Shown here: in pieces, positions 61,390-64,000 of the stretch
Numbering within the stretch: the first letter of the stretch is position 1
How the letters are laid out: every line of letters begins with the position of its first letter
DNA from: Geosiphon pyriformis uo1
Taxonomy: Eukaryota > Fungi > Glomeromycota
NCBI GenBank assembly: GCA_016748015.1
Contig: JAAOMT010000072.1
Coordinates: forward strand, 135,012-199,011
Reading direction: 5' to 3'
Length of the DNA: 64,000 bases
Notes under the pieces: model-generated
What the model was told of the DNA's origin: nothing
The model's input: only the letters and a program-made list of their open reading frames with translations
Databases searched by the model: none
Translations under genes and position numbers: made by a program

Positions 61390-62772
61390 TTAATTTAATG
61401 TGTTGTTGTTGATAATAATGATTGGTTTCAGATCTCGTGGAATCTCCTCTGGTTGGACTAGTATTCTTTGTACTCCTAATTGTGGAATATTACTGGTGAA
61501 TGGTGGTGTGATGTTGTGGTATGGTTTCAGTTGATCTTCATGTGCTGCTTTGGTTAAAATTTTGTTATCCAGTCTTAATTTGTAAGCTCCATTCCCTAGA
61601 ATTTCTTCTATGTGAAATAGTCCATCCCATTTGGGGTCAAATTTTCTACTCCATTGTTTTTTTGCTTTGATACAATATAAGAGTACTTTGTTTCCAATCT
61701 TGAATTCAACTGGTTTGTTTGATAGTTAATTATCATGTCTTTCTTTCTGTTTCTTTTGTGACTTTTGTATGTTATTAGCTGCTCTTTTTCATTTGTTTTC
61801 CAATGTTTCTATTAAGTCATATGTTCTTCTTAACAATGTTTCTTGGAAATTTTCTTCTGTTATTGGTTCAGTTGGATATGTGGTAACCTCTATCTCAACT
61901 GGTAATGTTGCTGTTCTATCATATATCAATTCAAATGGTGTTGCTTGTGTGGTGTCTTGGTTCATTGTCCAATAAGCAAATAATACTGATGGTATGAACA
62001 AATCCCATTCATCCTGGTTTTTTTGACTGAGTTTTGCTATTGCTTCACATAATGTTCTATTAAATTTTTCAACTAATCCATTGGTTTGTAAATGGTATAG
62101 TGATGATAGTGGTCTCTTAATTCCGAATCTTTGGCTTAGTTCTGCTAATGTTCTATTTACAAAATAGGTTCCTTGGTTTGATAATAGTTCTTTCGAACAT
62201 TTATGTTGACAAATCAAATCTTGATGGACAAATTTGGCAACAAATTTTGCATCCGCTCTTTGAATTGCTTTTGCTTCTGGCCATTTTGTAAGGTAGTCCA
62301 TGGCTACTGCAATATATCTGTTGTCTCTGCTGGTAATTGTCAATGGTCCAACTAAATTGATTCCAATGTGGTCAAATGGTTGTCTTACTTTGATTGGTTT
62401 CAATAGTTTGCTGGATTTTGTTCCTCTTTTTCTTTGACAAGCATCACAATTTTGCACATATTAAATGATATTTGGATACATTGATGGCCAATAATATCTC
62501 TTTCTGGTTCTTTTTATGGTTGCTTCTTTATGAAAATGTCCTGCAGTTGGATCTGAGTATATGTTGAACAGTATTGTCTCTTTTTCTGGTTCTGTAATTA
62601 CTCTGGTTGGTTGATCTGAATCTTTTCTATTTTTCCAGTAAAGTATATTTTGGTAAGTAATAAAATATTTGGATTGTTGTTTCATCCTCTTTTGTTCTAG
62701 TTGAGATAATTTCTCTTTGAACTGTTAAGTATCTATATAATATTGAAGTTGTTGATATTTTTGTGTATTCAT
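61390..62772 (-). pseudogene. int: Integrase of C (separate ORF, 461 codons)
   Basis: MNTQKY.., SDPTAGHF, CDAC, AMDYLTKWPEA, TNGLVEKFN. Confidence 0.9.
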
Positions 62773-62833
62773 CTTTTGTTATATTTTCGTGAATATTGTT
62801 TTGGTTTTGTTATATTTTTGGGTTGAAATGTTC

Positions 62834-64000
62834 TTAGATTTGTCTCATTCACGACAAACTGTCAGCATTTCCATTGTCTTTTTTCTTTTTATAATGTATA
62901 GTATAAGTATATGGCAAAAGTGCCATTTTTCATCTTGACTGTTTTCTGTCTCTAAATTCTTGTTTTTGAAGTGATGTCAATCTTTTGTGATCTGTATACA
63001 CCTTAAACTTTTGGCTCAAGTATTTTTTCCATTTCATAACTGCCTAGTAGATTGCTAAATGTTCTAATTCTGATGTTCCATAGTTCTTTTTGCCTGGAAT
63101 CAAATCTCAGTTGGCATATGTGACTGGATGTTCTCTTCCATTCAATCCTCTCTGAGATAGTACTGCTCCCAATGCTTGACCTGATGCATCAGTGGTAATA
63201 ATAAATGATTTACTATGATCTGGATAGATCAATACTGGAGCTTGAATAAGCTTTCTTTTTAAGATGTCAAATGCTTCTTGCTGAGTTTCAGTCCATTCAT
63301 ACTTTGCATTTTTGGTTTGAAAATCATTGAGTGGTTGTGCTATCTTTGAAAAGTTCTTTATAAAGTGTCTATAATAGCTTGCGAATCCCAAGAATGATTT
63401 CAGTTCAGTTACATTGGTTGGTATTGGAAAGTTCTTTATTATCTCTATTTTCTCCAGATCTGTTTTTATGCCGTCTTTGCTAACTATATGTCCTAAAAAT
63501 TTTAGTTCTGTTTTGCCGAAAAAACACTTTGTTGTATTCAATTTTAATTCTGCTTGTTATAGTCTTTTGAACACTTATTGGAAATAATGTAGATGATCAT
63601 CAAATGTTTTTGAGAACAGATTGGTGTTATTCAAGTATACAACTACTGATTTCCACAATAAGCCAGTGTACACAATTTTCATTAGCTGTTGGAATGTAGC
63701 TAAAGCATTAGTTAAGCCAAATGACATAACTTCAAACTCAAAGTTTCCCTCTCTTGTGGTGAATGCTGTTTTTTCTTTGTTGGCTGGATCCATGGCTACT
63801 TGCCAGTAACCACTATCCAAGTCTAACGTTGAGAACCATTTGTTTCCACCAAAAGCATTGAATAGTTCTTGTATTCGTGGAGTTGGATAGCTGTTTCCAT
63901 GAGTTACATCATTGAGTTTCCTGTAGTTTACACAAAATTGGATTTTTCTATTCTTCTTATGGACAAGTACTATTGGTAATGACCATGGGCTCATTGATGG
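62834..64000 (-). pseudogene. pol: RT-RNase H of C
   Basis: FCVNYRKLN, LDLDSGYWQV, FGLTNA, ITTDASG; ends MRQI*. Confidence 0.92.

Larger units (their letters stand above)
59835..64000 (-). mobile_element. Gypsy element C, 3' half (continues beyond the window)
   Basis: RT, RNase H, integrase, ORF3, PPT and LTR. Confidence 0.93.

Overview
A eukaryotic, strongly AT-rich window made almost entirely of nested, decayed retrotransposons. I found no host gene or RNA gene. The style suggests an early-diverging fungus such as a Glomeromycotina; this is an impression, not a database result. LTR elements (Ty3/Gypsy, 4-bp TSDs): two nearly full-length copies (B 21201-31160 +, A 42665-52907 -), partial or eroded copies (E 1-6495 +, H 14284-15848 -, G 15849-35731 -, C 59835-64000 -), a second family without dUTPase (D1, D2 and an inverted LTR), and a 3.3-kb non-autonomous element (F). 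Non-LTR elements: a full-length RNase H-bearing LINE (40266-57264) split by A, a 5'-truncated LINE, and an ORF1-only LINE-like element. The most notable observation is the shared architecture of A/B/C/E/G/H. One long frame encodes Gag-protease-multi-Cys domain-dUTPase-degenerate dUTPase-like domain-RT-RNase H. It ends at a TAA conserved in all six copies, integrase follows as a separate ORF with its own ATG, and a conserved unknown ORF3 occupies the env position. The LTRs carry covarying RNA structures and an anti-PBS hairpin. Copies decay almost only by C>T/G>A transitions, mostly outside CpG. All coordinates and counts were read by hand.
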